A stretch of DNA of 64,000 nt from Candidatus Kryptoniota bacterium (GTDB lineage Bacteria > Bacteroidota > Ignavibacteria > Kryptoniales > JAKASW01), in assembly GCA_024641705.1 (NCBI GenBank), contig JAHECO010000002.1, forward strand, positions 8,282-72,281. Direction: 5' to 3'. Position numbers and translations under genes: made by a program. Below, in pieces: positions 42,931-52,833 of the stretch; positions within the stretch are counted from its first letter, which is position 1, and every line of letters starts with the position of its first letter. Below the pieces are notes generated by a model. The model had not been told where the DNA came from, did no database searches, and was given only the letters and a program-made list of their open reading frames with translations.

Positions 42931-44145
42931 TTGTCGAAAGTAAAGAAAGTAGTGCTCGCCTATTCGGGCGGGCTCGATACATCTATAATTATTCCTTATT
43001 TGAAGGACACGTACGGATGTCAGGTTATCGCCTATGCCGCCAATATCGGGCAGGGCGACGAAGAATTGAAGGGATTGGACAAGAAGGCGAAGAAGACCGG
43101 CGCGGACAAATTCTACCTGGTCGACCTGCGCAAGGAATTCGTGCAGAACTTCCTTTTCACGATGATTAAGGCGCATGCTATATATGAAAGGAAGTACCTG
43201 CTCGGCACTTCCATAGCCAGACCCCTTATCGCGAAGTACCAGGCAAAAATTGCCCTGAAGGAGGAAGCCGACGCCCTGGCCCATGGCTGCACGGGAAAAG
43301 GTAACGACCAGGTCAGGTTCGAGTTGACGTACAAGGTATTTGCCCCGCACCTCAAAGTAATCGCGCCCTGGCGTGAGTGGACCATACGCTCCCGCGAAGA
43401 TGCGATAAGGTACGCCGAGGAGCATCACGTGCCGATAAAAGCAACGCTGAAGAAGATCTACAGCAGGGACGGCAATCTGTGGCATCTCAGCCATGAGGGG
43501 GGAGAGCTCGAAAATCCCTGGACCGAACCGAAGCAGGACATGTTTATACGCACGAAGTCGCCGGAGGCCGCGCCGAACAAAGCGACATTCGTTCAGATCG
43601 AATTCAGGCGCGGAGTACCGGTTGCCGTCGACGGCAGGAAATACGATCCCGTCAGCCTGGTCGAAAAGCTGAACAGGATCGGGGCAGCCAACGGGATCGG
43701 CCGTGTCGACCTCGTTGAAAACAGGCTGGTCGGGATGAAATCGCGCGGGGTCTACGAAACGCCGGGAGGCACGATACTTTACGCCGCCCACAGTCAGCTC
43801 GAACATATCGTTCTGGATAAAGACACGCTTCACTATAAAGATCTGGTTTCGCAGCGGTACGCGGAGCTTGTTTACAACGGCCAATGGTACACGCCGCTGC
43901 GCGAAGCCCTGGATGCGTTCATGGAATCGACCCAGAAGCACGTTACGGGAACCGTTCGCCTGAAGCTCTACAAGGGAAACGTCATCGCCGCGGGAGTGAA
44001 GAGCCAGTACTCACTATACCGCGAAGACCTCGCGACGTTCTCACAGGATAAGGTTTACGATCAGAAGAAGGCCGAAGGCTTCATCGACCTGTTCGGCCTT
44101 TCCATGAAGGTGGCGTCGGAAGTGCATGGAAAGCCAAAGGAATGA
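42931..44145 (+). CDS. argG: Argininosuccinate synthase
   Basis: [12 protein letters not shown], the [14 protein letters not shown] signature, and [21 protein letters not shown] start preceded by AAAAGAGGAG. Confidence 0.95.
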   Translation: MSKVKKVVLAYSGGLDTSIIIPYLKDTYGCQVIAYAANIGQGDEELKGLDKKAKKTGADKFYLVDLRKEFVQNFLFTMIKAHAIYERKYLLGTSIARPLIAKYQAKIALKEEADALAHGCTGKGNDQVRFELTYKVFAPHLKVIAPWREWTIRSREDAIRYAEEHHVPIKATLKKIYSRDGNLWHLSHEGGELENPWTEPKQDMFIRTKSPEAAPNKATFVQIEFRRGVPVAVDGRKYDPVSLVEKLNRIGAANGIGRVDLVENRLVGMKSRGVYETPGGTILYAAHSQLEHIVLDKDTLHYKDLVSQRYAELVYNGQWYTPLREALDAFMESTQKHVTGTVRLKLYKGNVIAAGVKSQYSLYREDLATFSQDKVYDQKKAEGFIDLFGLSMKVASEVHGKPKE

Positions 44146-45107
44146 GCCTGGAGTTTCGTGAGGTCAGGCTTGCGAACACACTGGCAAGGCTTCAGGGCGG
44201 AGACGATTTCTTTCTCTACTACTCGACTTTCCTGGGCGGTTACACCCGCGACCGCCTGCTCATGTCCGTCCCGATCGACGACCATATCGTGCACCGCGGC
44301 GACGGCGTCTTCGACAATGCCCTCTGCGTAGACGGAAGTTACTATCTCCTCGACCAGCATCTCGAGCGGTTCTTCTTCTCGGCTAACGCAATCGGGATCA
44401 AACCCCAGTTCACGCATTCCGATCTGAGACGGCTTCTGATTAGACTGGGAATCGAGTCGGGAAAGAAGAACTTCATAGCGCGGTTCTTCCTCTCCCGCGG
44501 ACACGGCAGCATGAGCGTCTACCCGCACGAGGCAGTGTCGCCGAACCTGTACGTTCTCATAGGAAAATTTTCACCGGCTCCGGAACGGTATTTTACGACC
44601 GGCATGATCGCCGCTACCAGCCCCACGCAGATGCGCCCGCCGATCTCTCCCCAGGTCAAATCTGTGGATTATTTGTCGAACGCTCTGATGGAGCTCGCCG
44701 CAAAGGCGAGCGGAGCCGATTCAGCAATAGGCGTTGACGTTTCCGGCAACCTGACGGAAGGCTCCAACAAGAATGTCGCGGTCGTCGGGAAAGACGGCAT
44801 AATGCGCATCCCGCCTCCGGAGAAGATACTTCGTGGAACGACGCTCGCCCGGGCGATCGAGATGTCGGGTGAGCTGAAGAAGAAAGGATTCATCCGCGAA
44901 CTCCAGGTTGAGAACATCCCGATCTCCGATGCGTACAATGCCGCTGAGATACTCTTCTTCAGTACTTCGTTTTTTTGCGCGCCGGTAGTAAAATATGACG
45001 GGCGAACGATCGGCGACGGCAAGCCCGGAAAAGTCTGGAAAGCATTCCATGATCTTTTCAAAAAGGATATTAAGTCTAACAAGAAAGTTTTAACTCCTCT
45101 AAGGTAA
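44142..45107 (+). CDS. Class IV (fold type IV) aminotransferase family protein
   Basis: HRGDGVFD...[10 protein letters not shown], a candidate catalytic Lys in the PQVKSVDY segment, and [10 protein letters not shown], as in BCAT/DAAT/ADC-lyase relatives. ATGA overlap with argG. Confidence 0.8.
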   Translation: MSLEFREVRLANTLARLQGGDDFFLYYSTFLGGYTRDRLLMSVPIDDHIVHRGDGVFDNALCVDGSYYLLDQHLERFFFSANAIGIKPQFTHSDLRRLLIRLGIESGKKNFIARFFLSRGHGSMSVYPHEAVSPNLYVLIGKFSPAPERYFTTGMIAATSPTQMRPPISPQVKSVDYLSNALMELAAKASGADSAIGVDVSGNLTEGSNKNVAVVGKDGIMRIPPPEKILRGTTLARAIEMSGELKKKGFIRELQVENIPISDAYNAAEILFFSTSFFCAPVVKYDGRTIGDGKPGKVWKAFHDLFKKDIKSNKKVLTPLR

Positions 45108-45115
45108 TTCAGCCA

Positions 45116-46507
45116 ATGCCAAAACTCTGGGGCGGAAGATTCACGAAAAGCGTGACCAAACTCATGGGAGAGTTTAACGACTCCCTCCCCTTCGACAAAA
45201 GGCTCTGGGAGGAAGAGATCGAAGCGAGCGGGGCCTACGCGGCCGCGTTGGCAAAAGCGGGAGTTCTCTCGAAATCAGAACAGAAGAAAGTCGCCGGAGC
45301 TCTCGCCGAGATCGGCAGGGAATTCTCCGCCGGCAAATTCGAATTCAGACCGGAAGACGAGGACATCCACACCGCCATCGAGCGGAGACTGGTCGAGAAA
45401 ATCGGCGAGCCCGGCAAGCGGATACACACGGGGAGGAGTCGCAACGAGCAGGTAGCGACCGACGAAAGAATATTCCTGAAATCGGCGGACATTGAAGTCA
45501 CGGAGTTGATACGTGAATTGCAGCTTCAGGTTCGCGATCTCGCGCGCAAGACAACTGACGATATTCTCCCTTCGTATACCCACCTCCAGCAGGCGCAGCT
45601 CATCAGACTCGGTCATTACTTCATGTCTCTATTCTTCATGCTGGAGAACGACAGGCAGCGCCTGGAGGACCTCGAGAAAAGGATCGACGTTCTCCCACTC
45701 GGCTCCGGCGCCGTAGCGGGTTCGACGATAAAGCTCGACCGGGGCTTGATGAAGAAAGCACTCGGCTTCGCCGAACTTTCGCCCAACAGCATAGCGGCAG
45801 TAAGCGACCGTGATTTCATCAATGAGTTCCTCTTCGCGGCCGCCCAGACGCTCGTCCACCTCAGCCGTTTCGCCGAAGACCTGATCATGTGGAGTTCGAC
45901 CGAATTCTCATTCGTCGAGCTCGACGATGCGTATTCGACGGGGAGCAGCATGATGCCGCAGAAGAAGAACCCTGATTCCCTCGAACTTATCCGCGGCAAG
46001 GTGGCCCGTACGATCGCGAACCTTAATGCCCTCCTGACCCTGCAGAAAGGCCTCCCCCTCACCTATTCGAAAGACCTGCAGGAGGATAAGGAGCCTCTTT
46101 TCGATTCGGTCGATACCCTTACATCTTCACTGAAGGTGTTCGCGGGCGTCGTTGCGACGCTCAAGGTTCGCAGACAGAACCTCTTGCGGAACACCGACGA
46201 TTCCATCTATGCGACCGACATCGCCGATTATCTCGTCGGGAAAGGCCTTCCCTTCCGCGAAGCTCATTCGGTTGTCGGCAGGCTCGTGCTGACCGGCGCC
46301 GAGAGTCAGAAAAGGTTGAGAGATTTCACGGCAGCCGAACTTAGGGCCATCTCCGAATTATTCGACGACAACTACCACAAAATTTTCGATCCGAAAAGGT
46401 CCGTGGAGAGGCACGACGTCTACGGCGGTACAAGCCTGAAAAGAGTTGAAGAGCAGATAGACCTTGCGGGCAAAATGTTGGCAAAGAAGAAGCTTCGCCG
46501 GAGATGA
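45116..46507 (+). CDS. argH: Argininosuccinate lyase
   Basis: MPKLWGGRF, TGRSRNEQVATD, and the GSSMMPQKKNPD signature loop. Confidence 0.95.
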   Translation: MPKLWGGRFTKSVTKLMGEFNDSLPFDKRLWEEEIEASGAYAAALAKAGVLSKSEQKKVAGALAEIGREFSAGKFEFRPEDEDIHTAIERRLVEKIGEPGKRIHTGRSRNEQVATDERIFLKSADIEVTELIRELQLQVRDLARKTTDDILPSYTHLQQAQLIRLGHYFMSLFFMLENDRQRLEDLEKRIDVLPLGSGAVAGSTIKLDRGLMKKALGFAELSPNSIAAVSDRDFINEFLFAAAQTLVHLSRFAEDLIMWSSTEFSFVELDDAYSTGSSMMPQKKNPDSLELIRGKVARTIANLNALLTLQKGLPLTYSKDLQEDKEPLFDSVDTLTSSLKVFAGVVATLKVRRQNLLRNTDDSIYATDIADYLVGKGLPFREAHSVVGRLVLTGAESQKRLRDFTAAELRAISELFDDNYHKIFDPKRSVERHDVYGGTSLKRVEEQIDLAGKMLAKKKLRRR

Positions 46508-48747
46508 ACACAGATTTTCTGAGAGATCTCAACCCGGCCCAGCTATCAGCGGTTAAATCGGTCGAGGGACCACAGCTTGTTCTCGCGGGCGCGGGAAGCG
46601 GAAAGACTAAGGTGCTGACGTACCGCGTCGCCTATCTCGTCGCCATCGGGGTCCCATTCCACAACATCCTCTGCCTGACGTTCACGAACAAGGCGGCAAA
46701 TGAGATGAGATCCCGCACCGAGAAAATGCTGGGCGTGGGCGAGAACGGAAAAGAGAGAAGACTCTACGGGTGGCTCGGAACTTTTCACTCTCTGTTCGGG
46801 AGAATCCTGAGGATGGAGGCCGACAAGCTGGGGTACACTTCGAACTTCACGATTTACGACGAAGAAGATTCCCTCAAGCTTGTCAAGCAGATCCTCCGCG
46901 AGAGGAACCTGTCCGAAGAGGTATTCGCGCCGGCCGGCATCAGGTGGCAGATAAGCAAGCTGAAGAACGGTCTCATACTTCCTTCCCAATTCGAGCAGTC
47001 AGCGAAGAGCAGGCTCGAGCAGGTTACCGCGGAAGTGTACGGTACGTATGACGACCGGCTCAAGAAGAATAACGCGATGGACTTCGACGACCTCCTTATC
47101 AAGCCGATCATCCTCTTCAACCACGACCGCGCTTCGCTGGAGAAATACCAGAACAAGTTCAGGTTCATCCTGGTGGACGAGTACCAGGATACGAACCGGG
47201 CGCAGTACATGCTGCTCAAGCTTCTTGCGGAGAGACACAGGAACCTTTGTGTAGTGGGGGACGACGCGCAAAGCATTTACTCCTGGCGGGGCGCAGACCT
47301 CCAGAATATTCTCGACTTCCAGACCGATTACCCCGAGGCAAAGGTATTCAGGCTCGAACAGAACTACCGTTCCACCGGGAAGATCCTCAAAGCGGCCAAC
47401 TCGGTCATCGTGCACAACCAGCGAAAGCTCGACAAGGAGCTATGGACGGAAAACCGGGAGGGCGAGCAGCTCTCTGTCCTGGAATGCGACAGCGACAGGG
47501 ATGAAGGCTACAAGATCGTTCAAAAGATCAGGAACGAGAGTATCAAGGACAAGCTCCAGCTGAAGGATTTTGTGGTGTTGTTCAGGACGAACTACCAGTC
47601 CCGCGCACTCGAAGAGGCCTTCAACCGCGGCGGGATCCCGTATATAATTGTCGGGGGCGTGGCGTTCTACAAGCGGAAGGAAATCAAGGACCTCCTCGCG
47701 TACCTGAAGCTCATCGTCAACCCGCAGGACGACGCATCTTTCCTGAGAGTGGTCAATTTCCCCGCCCGGGGCATCGGGGACGTGACAATAGACTACGTCC
47801 GCAGCTTCGCCTCCAAGAACCAGCTGTCCCTCCTGGAGGTAGCGGAACGCGTGGACGAGATCGTCGAAATACAGCCCAGGCAAAAGAACCAGCTGAAGCA
47901 GTTCGGGAGACTTATAGACAAATACCGCAAGCTGAAGGACGAACTCTCCATCAGTGAGTTCACGCGGTCGCTGACCGATGAACTACAGATCGTCAGGACG
48001 CTGAAAGAGGAAAATACGGTCGAATCGCTGAACCGCATGGAAAACATACAGGAGTTCCTGGCAGGCATTGCCGAATACCAGAGCGAGAATGCCGAAGGGA
48101 CCCTGCAGGATTACCTCGCGGAGGTATCGCTTGTCGCCGACGTCGACCGCTGGGACACGAAGAGAAATTCCGTCACTCTTATGACGGTGCATGCGGCGAA
48201 GGGTCTGGAATTCCCGGTAGTATTCGTCAGCGGGCTCGAGGAAGGACTGTTTCCATTGTCATCGAAGGAGCAGGACGAGCTCGAAGAGGAAAGACGCCTC
48301 TTCTATGTCGCGATCACCCGGGCCAAGAAGAAAGTCTACCTTTCATTTTCCAAACAACGGTTCCGTTTCGGGAAGCTCTCATACCAGGTGCCTTCTCGAT
48401 TCCTCGCCGAGATAGAGTCGGATCTCCTGGATCACGAGCACGGCGCACGCATTTCGTCCCAGCGTTCTCTCTGGGAGACTCCTTCGCCTTTCGAATCGCT
48501 CCGGCCCTCGCTGGACACCGCCGGGGTTGCGGCCGACGAAGACGAGCCCAGGCGTCGTGTGGAAAAAGAGCGAAGCGCGGCTTCGCATATCAAGATCGGC
48601 ACGATCGTCGAGCACCAATTCTTCGGCGAGGGGAAGGTCATTGAAATGTCGGGCAGGGGAGATAACGAGCGGGTCGTAGTCCTCTTCAGCGCGAACCAGA
48701 GGAAGCAGCTGATGGTGCGGTATGCCAATCTACGGATCGTGAGATAA
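46504..48747 (+). CDS. pcrA: ATP-dependent DNA helicase, UvrD/PcrA family
   Basis: LNPAQ, AGAGSGKTKVLTYR, VDEYQDTN, NYRS, VHAAKGLEF and YVAITRAK (SF1 helicase motifs). ATGA overlap with argH. Confidence 0.95.
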   Translation: MNTDFLRDLNPAQLSAVKSVEGPQLVLAGAGSGKTKVLTYRVAYLVAIGVPFHNILCLTFTNKAANEMRSRTEKMLGVGENGKERRLYGWLGTFHSLFGRILRMEADKLGYTSNFTIYDEEDSLKLVKQILRERNLSEEVFAPAGIRWQISKLKNGLILPSQFEQSAKSRLEQVTAEVYGTYDDRLKKNNAMDFDDLLIKPIILFNHDRASLEKYQNKFRFILVDEYQDTNRAQYMLLKLLAERHRNLCVVGDDAQSIYSWRGADLQNILDFQTDYPEAKVFRLEQNYRSTGKILKAANSVIVHNQRKLDKELWTENREGEQLSVLECDSDRDEGYKIVQKIRNESIKDKLQLKDFVVLFRTNYQSRALEEAFNRGGIPYIIVGGVAFYKRKEIKDLLAYLKLIVNPQDDASFLRVVNFPARGIGDVTIDYVRSFASKNQLSLLEVAERVDEIVEIQPRQKNQLKQFGRLIDKYRKLKDELSISEFTRSLTDELQIVRTLKEENTVESLNRMENIQEFLAGIAEYQSENAEGTLQDYLAEVSLVADVDRWDTKRNSVTLMTVHAAKGLEFPVVFVSGLEEGLFPLSSKEQDELEEERRLFYVAITRAKKKVYLSFSKQRFRFGKLSYQVPSRFLAEIESDLLDHEHGARISSQRSLWETPSPFESLRPSLDTAGVAADEDEPRRRVEKERSAASHIKIGTIVEHQFFGEGKVIEMSGRGDNERVVVLFSANQRKQLMVRYANLRIVR

Positions 48748-48770
48748 TCGGACAACACTCGGATCGACAG

Positions 48771-49253
48771 ATGGAAATTGAAATTGTTTCCCTCGGGGCG
48801 GAAGACCGCGCCTCCGCTGCCCTCGCAAGAGACCTGTTCCTCGAATACGCAGACTCCCTCGATTTCGACCTGGATTTCCAGGATTTCGACCGTGAGCTCG
48901 CGGAGCTGCCGGGCGAATACTCATATCCGGACGGGAGACTCCTCATCGCCTTCGTGTCCGGCAAACCGGCCGGCTGCGTTGCGCTCCGTAGAATCGAGGA
49001 GGCCATTTGCGAGATGAAACGGTTGTACGTGCGTACCGAATTCAGGGGAAAAGGAGTCGGGAGGATGCTGGCCCGAAAGATTATTGACGAGGCGAGGAAG
49101 ATCGGATACCGGAGAATGCGGCTTGATACGGTGAGCTCGATGAGGGAAGCTATCTCACTCTACAGATCGTTCGGTTTCAAAGAGATCTCACAATACCGGG
49201 TTAATCCGCGCCCCGACGCGATGTTCTTCGAACTCGATCTTGCAACCCGATAG
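48771..49253 (+). CDS. GNAT-family N-acetyltransferase
   Basis: The acetyl-CoA-binding motif RGKGVGRMLARKIIDEA is in the usual position of a 160-aa protein. Confidence 0.85.
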   Translation: MEIEIVSLGAEDRASAALARDLFLEYADSLDFDLDFQDFDRELAELPGEYSYPDGRLLIAFVSGKPAGCVALRRIEEAICEMKRLYVRTEFRGKGVGRMLARKIIDEARKIGYRRMRLDTVSSMREAISLYRSFGFKEISQYRVNPRPDAMFFELDLATR

Positions 49254-49282
49254 ATAGCACCGGTCTACCAACCGATCTCGTC

Positions 49283-50104
49283 CTAACGGATATCGCCGTT
49301 CGAGTAAATCTGCACCTTCCTTACAAACTCCAGCTTTCTTCCGAGAAATCTCTCCGCGATCTCGTTGAACTTCTGAGGGAAATCGCTGACGTAGAACTCA
49401 TATCGCGGCTTCGTTTTCTGTTTGTTCAGCATATTCCCTGATGAAAGTAGATCAAGTACAGACCTGGCCGTCGCCTCGCCGGCGTCGACAAGATCTACAT
49501 CGCCGCCAAGAATCCCCGATATCGCATCCCGAAGGAGCGGATAGTGCGTGCAGCCGAGGATCATAACGTCGATCCTCCCCGAGAACCGCGACAGGTATTC
49601 CCGTGCGACCAGATCCGTTACCGGGTGATTGAACATCCCTTCCTCCGCGAGAGGGACAAAAAGCGGGCATGCCTGTGACAGGATCGGAGTTTGCGAGTTG
49701 ATATCCTTCAGGGCGGTCTCATAAGCCGATGAATTAATGGTGGAGAGCGTTCCGATGACGCCCACCCCCCTCGACCTCACCTTGCCCATGGCGGCGTCCG
49801 CGGTTGGCTCTATCACGCCGATCGTCGGAACCGTCGAGTGCGAGCGGACCACGTCCATCGCCAGCGCGGAAGCCGTATTGCAGGCGATAACGATAACCTT
49901 CACTCCCTTCGAGAGAAGGAATCTTGCATCCTGCACCGCGTACTCTCTGATGACCTCCGCGGACTTGTTGCCGTACGGGACTCTTGCCGTGTCCCCGAAA
50001 TAGACGATGTTCTCGGATGGCAGAATATTCATCAGCTGGCGGACAACGGTCAACCCGCCGATGCCGGAGTCGAAAACGCCGATTGGATTTTCGCGAGAGA
50101 TCAC
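49283..50104 (-). CDS. murI: Glutamate racemase
   Basis: IGVFDSGIGGLTV, ACNTAS and GCTHYPLL (the two catalytic Cys contexts). GTG start overlapping the glnD stop. Confidence 0.9.
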   Translation of the reverse strand: MISRENPIGVFDSGIGGLTVVRQLMNILPSENIVYFGDTARVPYGNKSAEVIREYAVQDARFLLSKGVKVIVIACNTASALAMDVVRSHSTVPTIGVIEPTADAAMGKVRSRGVGVIGTLSTINSSAYETALKDINSQTPILSQACPLFVPLAEEGMFNHPVTDLVAREYLSRFSGRIDVMILGCTHYPLLRDAISGILGGDVDLVDAGEATARSVLDLLSSGNMLNKQKTKPRYEFYVSDFPQKFNEIAERFLGRKLEFVRKVQIYSNGDIR

Positions 50105-52734
50105 TTAAAGATGAGCTCGGAGTCTACTGATTCGTTGATGATCCGGAGGATGCTTTCTCTCAACCTGTTGAGTTCGTCCTGGGAAGGCTTCGTGCCGTCG
50201 TTGCGCAGTATGTAGAAGGTGTCGACTATCCCATCCACTCTCGTCGCAATCTTTGCGAAGTGGATGCTGAGTCCGGCCGACGACATGGTGGATGTCACTT
50301 TGTACAGGAAACCGAGGGAGTCCGGGGCAAAGACTTCGACGAGGGTGAAATCCTTAGTTTCCGACGTCTGGACCGCCACCTTGATGTTCGGGTTCGCCTC
50401 ATGTTTCAGCCTTCTCTGCCACTTCATCCTGTGGCGTTCGAAGAGTCGCTCGGGATCGGTCTCTCCTTTCAAAACAGCCTTGAGATCGGCTTCGATTTTT
50501 GCCGACTGCGCGTCCGTGAGATTTTTCCTCGTGATATTGTCGAACACCTTAAACCTGTCGATGATAATTCCGTCATCCCGTGTGAAGATGTTTGCGTCAA
50601 GGATGTTTGCATCGTTGGCACTGAGACAGGAGCAGAACCTCGCAAGCTGGAACGGCGCGTCGCGGGCAATCATCGTGACGTCCGTGTAATCTTCGCTCTG
50701 CTCGAAGTGCACGTTGACCGTGTCGAATTCCGCCTCTATAGCTTCGATGTGCTTCACTATCTCATCATCACCGAACACAACCGAATACAGATCGTTCTTT
50801 ATCCCGCCGAAGTGCTTCCTGACAAGGGAGGACTTTTCGGAAGGCATCCTTCCCACGATGGTATCTTCCTTCAGGCGGCGCTGCTCGGCCTGCAGCGAGG
50901 CGATGGCTTCCTTGTCGAGCGATCCCGCCAATATGGTGTGGGATTTCCTGTAAAGCTCGTAGAGAAGCTGGGCCTTCCATTTGGTCCAAACCGTCGGATT
51001 AACCGCACTGAGGTCAGCATAGGTAAGGAGGTACAGCATCTTCAGCTGTTCCTCACCGGCAAACAACCGTGTGAAGGAATACACCGTCTCGGGATCTCCG
51101 ATGTTCCTCCGGAAGGCAATCTGCTCCATCTTGAGGTGATTCCGGACGAGGAACCCCACGTCTTCAATGATGTCTTCGAAACCAATTCTGCCGAGCGCCT
51201 TCTCCGCCACCTCGACGCCGATCAGTTCGTGTTTTCCTATCGAGATCGGTTTTGCTATGTCGTGAAAGAGGACCCCGAGATAAAGTGCATCGAGACGTTT
51301 CACGCTTCTGAGAAGGCCGCCCAGGAGCTCGTCCTGTTCCCCCACGTTCTCCAGGTTTTCGATCGCAGTCAGCGTGTGCTCGTCCGCCGTGTAGTAGTGA
51401 TAAACATTATGCTGAAAGAAGCCTATGAGCTTGCCGAACTCCGGCAAGTACCTCCCCAGCACGCCGAGTTCGTTCATCGATTTCAGCGTGAAAGCCACAT
51501 AATTTCCGGAGAGGAGGACCGACTTGAAGATGGCAGCCGCGTCATCCGATTTTTGGAACGACGGCTCGCTGAAGACATTTAGTTCCCTCGCGAGTGTCTC
51601 ATGGACGTTCTCGTCGAAATGCATGCCGGTCTTTGCCTTGTGCTGGAACGCCTTGAATAGGCGGACAGGGTCCCGGGCTATTTCCCTTCTGAAGGCTATT
51701 TGATCCCCGACTAGCGCGTAATCTTCGTCGAAAGGGGTGGCCTGTGCTTCAGAACCCTGTGGTTTCAGTGCGGCCTTCATCTTTTCCGTAAGAACCTGGT
51801 TGAGCCTGAAGATCTTCCGCGCATGGCGGAAATAATCGCGCATGAAACTCTCAATGCCCTTGGTATAATCCGCACTTACGTATCCCATATCCGCGGCGAC
51901 CTTCTTCTGGATCTCGAAATCCAGCAGGTCATTCAGGGCCGAGGACTGGTAGTGAAGGCTCTGCCTTGTCCTGAGCACGAACTCGAATGCATCTCGGGTG
52001 TGGTTGAATTGCAGTTGGTTAATCAGCCCCTCTTCCAGGAGCCGGTTCAGGAAGTCGAGTATCGCGGGCTGTTTCAGAGAATAGCCTGCATCCGGCAGGA
52101 AATCAGGATAAACCGCGCGGTACATCCAGAGGAGGGCATGGATATCCCTGAGTCCGCCGGCGCTCTTTTTCAAGTTAGGCTCAAGAAGGGATGTCGACCT
52201 GCCGTACTTGTTATGTCTCACCCTTATTCCGTCGATCGTCGACTTCACGAAGCTCCGATCCGCGTTCCTTGAAACGAAATCTCGGATCGCAGATTCGAGT
52301 TTCACGAAAAGTTTCCTGCTCCCCGCGACATAGCGGTATTCGAGCGTGGCGGCCCAACTGTCGTGGTCATCCTTGTGTGTCTGAAGAACCTGCCCGACGT
52401 TCCGGACGGAATGACCGATGTTGAGCCCCATGTCCCATAAGAAATGCATGATGCGTTGGGCCAGGAAGCTGGACTCTATGCCGCTGCCCACGATGAAGAG
52501 GATGTCGATGTCGGAATGGGGACATAGTTCGGCGCGGCCGTAACCTCCCACCGCAACCGCCGCAAGATTCTCCGGATTACCCGCGTCCTCGACCGCCCTG
52601 GTTATCGCCTCGTCAATGGCGGCAGTAAGAACCAGCGATACCTCCGACCCTTTCGCACCCGAAGCGTGGAGATTCTTTGCTGTCTCTTTTCCCCGGTTCA
52701 GTTTATCTATGGCAATGCCGACTTCTTCTCTCAT
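50101..52734 (-). CDS. glnD: [Protein-PII] uridylyltransferase / uridylyl-removing enzyme
   Basis: Nucleotidyltransferase motif GGYGRAELCPHSDIDILF, HD domain (LFHDIAKP) and two C-terminal ACT-like repeats. The ATG at 52734 is preferred over the TTG at 52752. Confidence 0.9.
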   Translation of the reverse strand: MREEVGIAIDKLNRGKETAKNLHASGAKGSEVSLVLTAAIDEAITRAVEDAGNPENLAAVAVGGYGRAELCPHSDIDILFIVGSGIESSFLAQRIMHFLWDMGLNIGHSVRNVGQVLQTHKDDHDSWAATLEYRYVAGSRKLFVKLESAIRDFVSRNADRSFVKSTIDGIRVRHNKYGRSTSLLEPNLKKSAGGLRDIHALLWMYRAVYPDFLPDAGYSLKQPAILDFLNRLLEEGLINQLQFNHTRDAFEFVLRTRQSLHYQSSALNDLLDFEIQKKVAADMGYVSADYTKGIESFMRDYFRHARKIFRLNQVLTEKMKAALKPQGSEAQATPFDEDYALVGDQIAFRREIARDPVRLFKAFQHKAKTGMHFDENVHETLARELNVFSEPSFQKSDDAAAIFKSVLLSGNYVAFTLKSMNELGVLGRYLPEFGKLIGFFQHNVYHYYTADEHTLTAIENLENVGEQDELLGGLLRSVKRLDALYLGVLFHDIAKPISIGKHELIGVEVAEKALGRIGFEDIIEDVGFLVRNHLKMEQIAFRRNIGDPETVYSFTRLFAGEEQLKMLYLLTYADLSAVNPTVWTKWKAQLLYELYRKSHTILAGSLDKEAIASLQAEQRRLKEDTIVGRMPSEKSSLVRKHFGGIKNDLYSVVFGDDEIVKHIEAIEAEFDTVNVHFEQSEDYTDVTMIARDAPFQLARFCSCLSANDANILDANIFTRDDGIIIDRFKVFDNITRKNLTDAQSAKIEADLKAVLKGETDPERLFERHRMKWQRRLKHEANPNIKVAVQTSETKDFTLVEVFAPDSLGFLYKVTSTMSSAGLSIHFAKIATRVDGIVDTFYILRNDGTKPSQDELNRLRESILRIINESVDSELIFK

Positions 52735-52833
52735 AAGAATGAATATAATCAAGGCGTGTTTGAAAATGGAACGATATTCGGTGTGGTGTTACGGAGAGTT
52801 TACCAGCCTGTACCCGACGTCTGACCAGCGCCG

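Noticed and set aside
42883-43941. 352-aa minus-strand ORF
   Set aside because: It is antisense to argG, which is unambiguous.
50260-51582. 440-aa plus-strand ORF
   Set aside because: It is antisense to glnD, which carries the nucleotidyltransferase and HD motifs.
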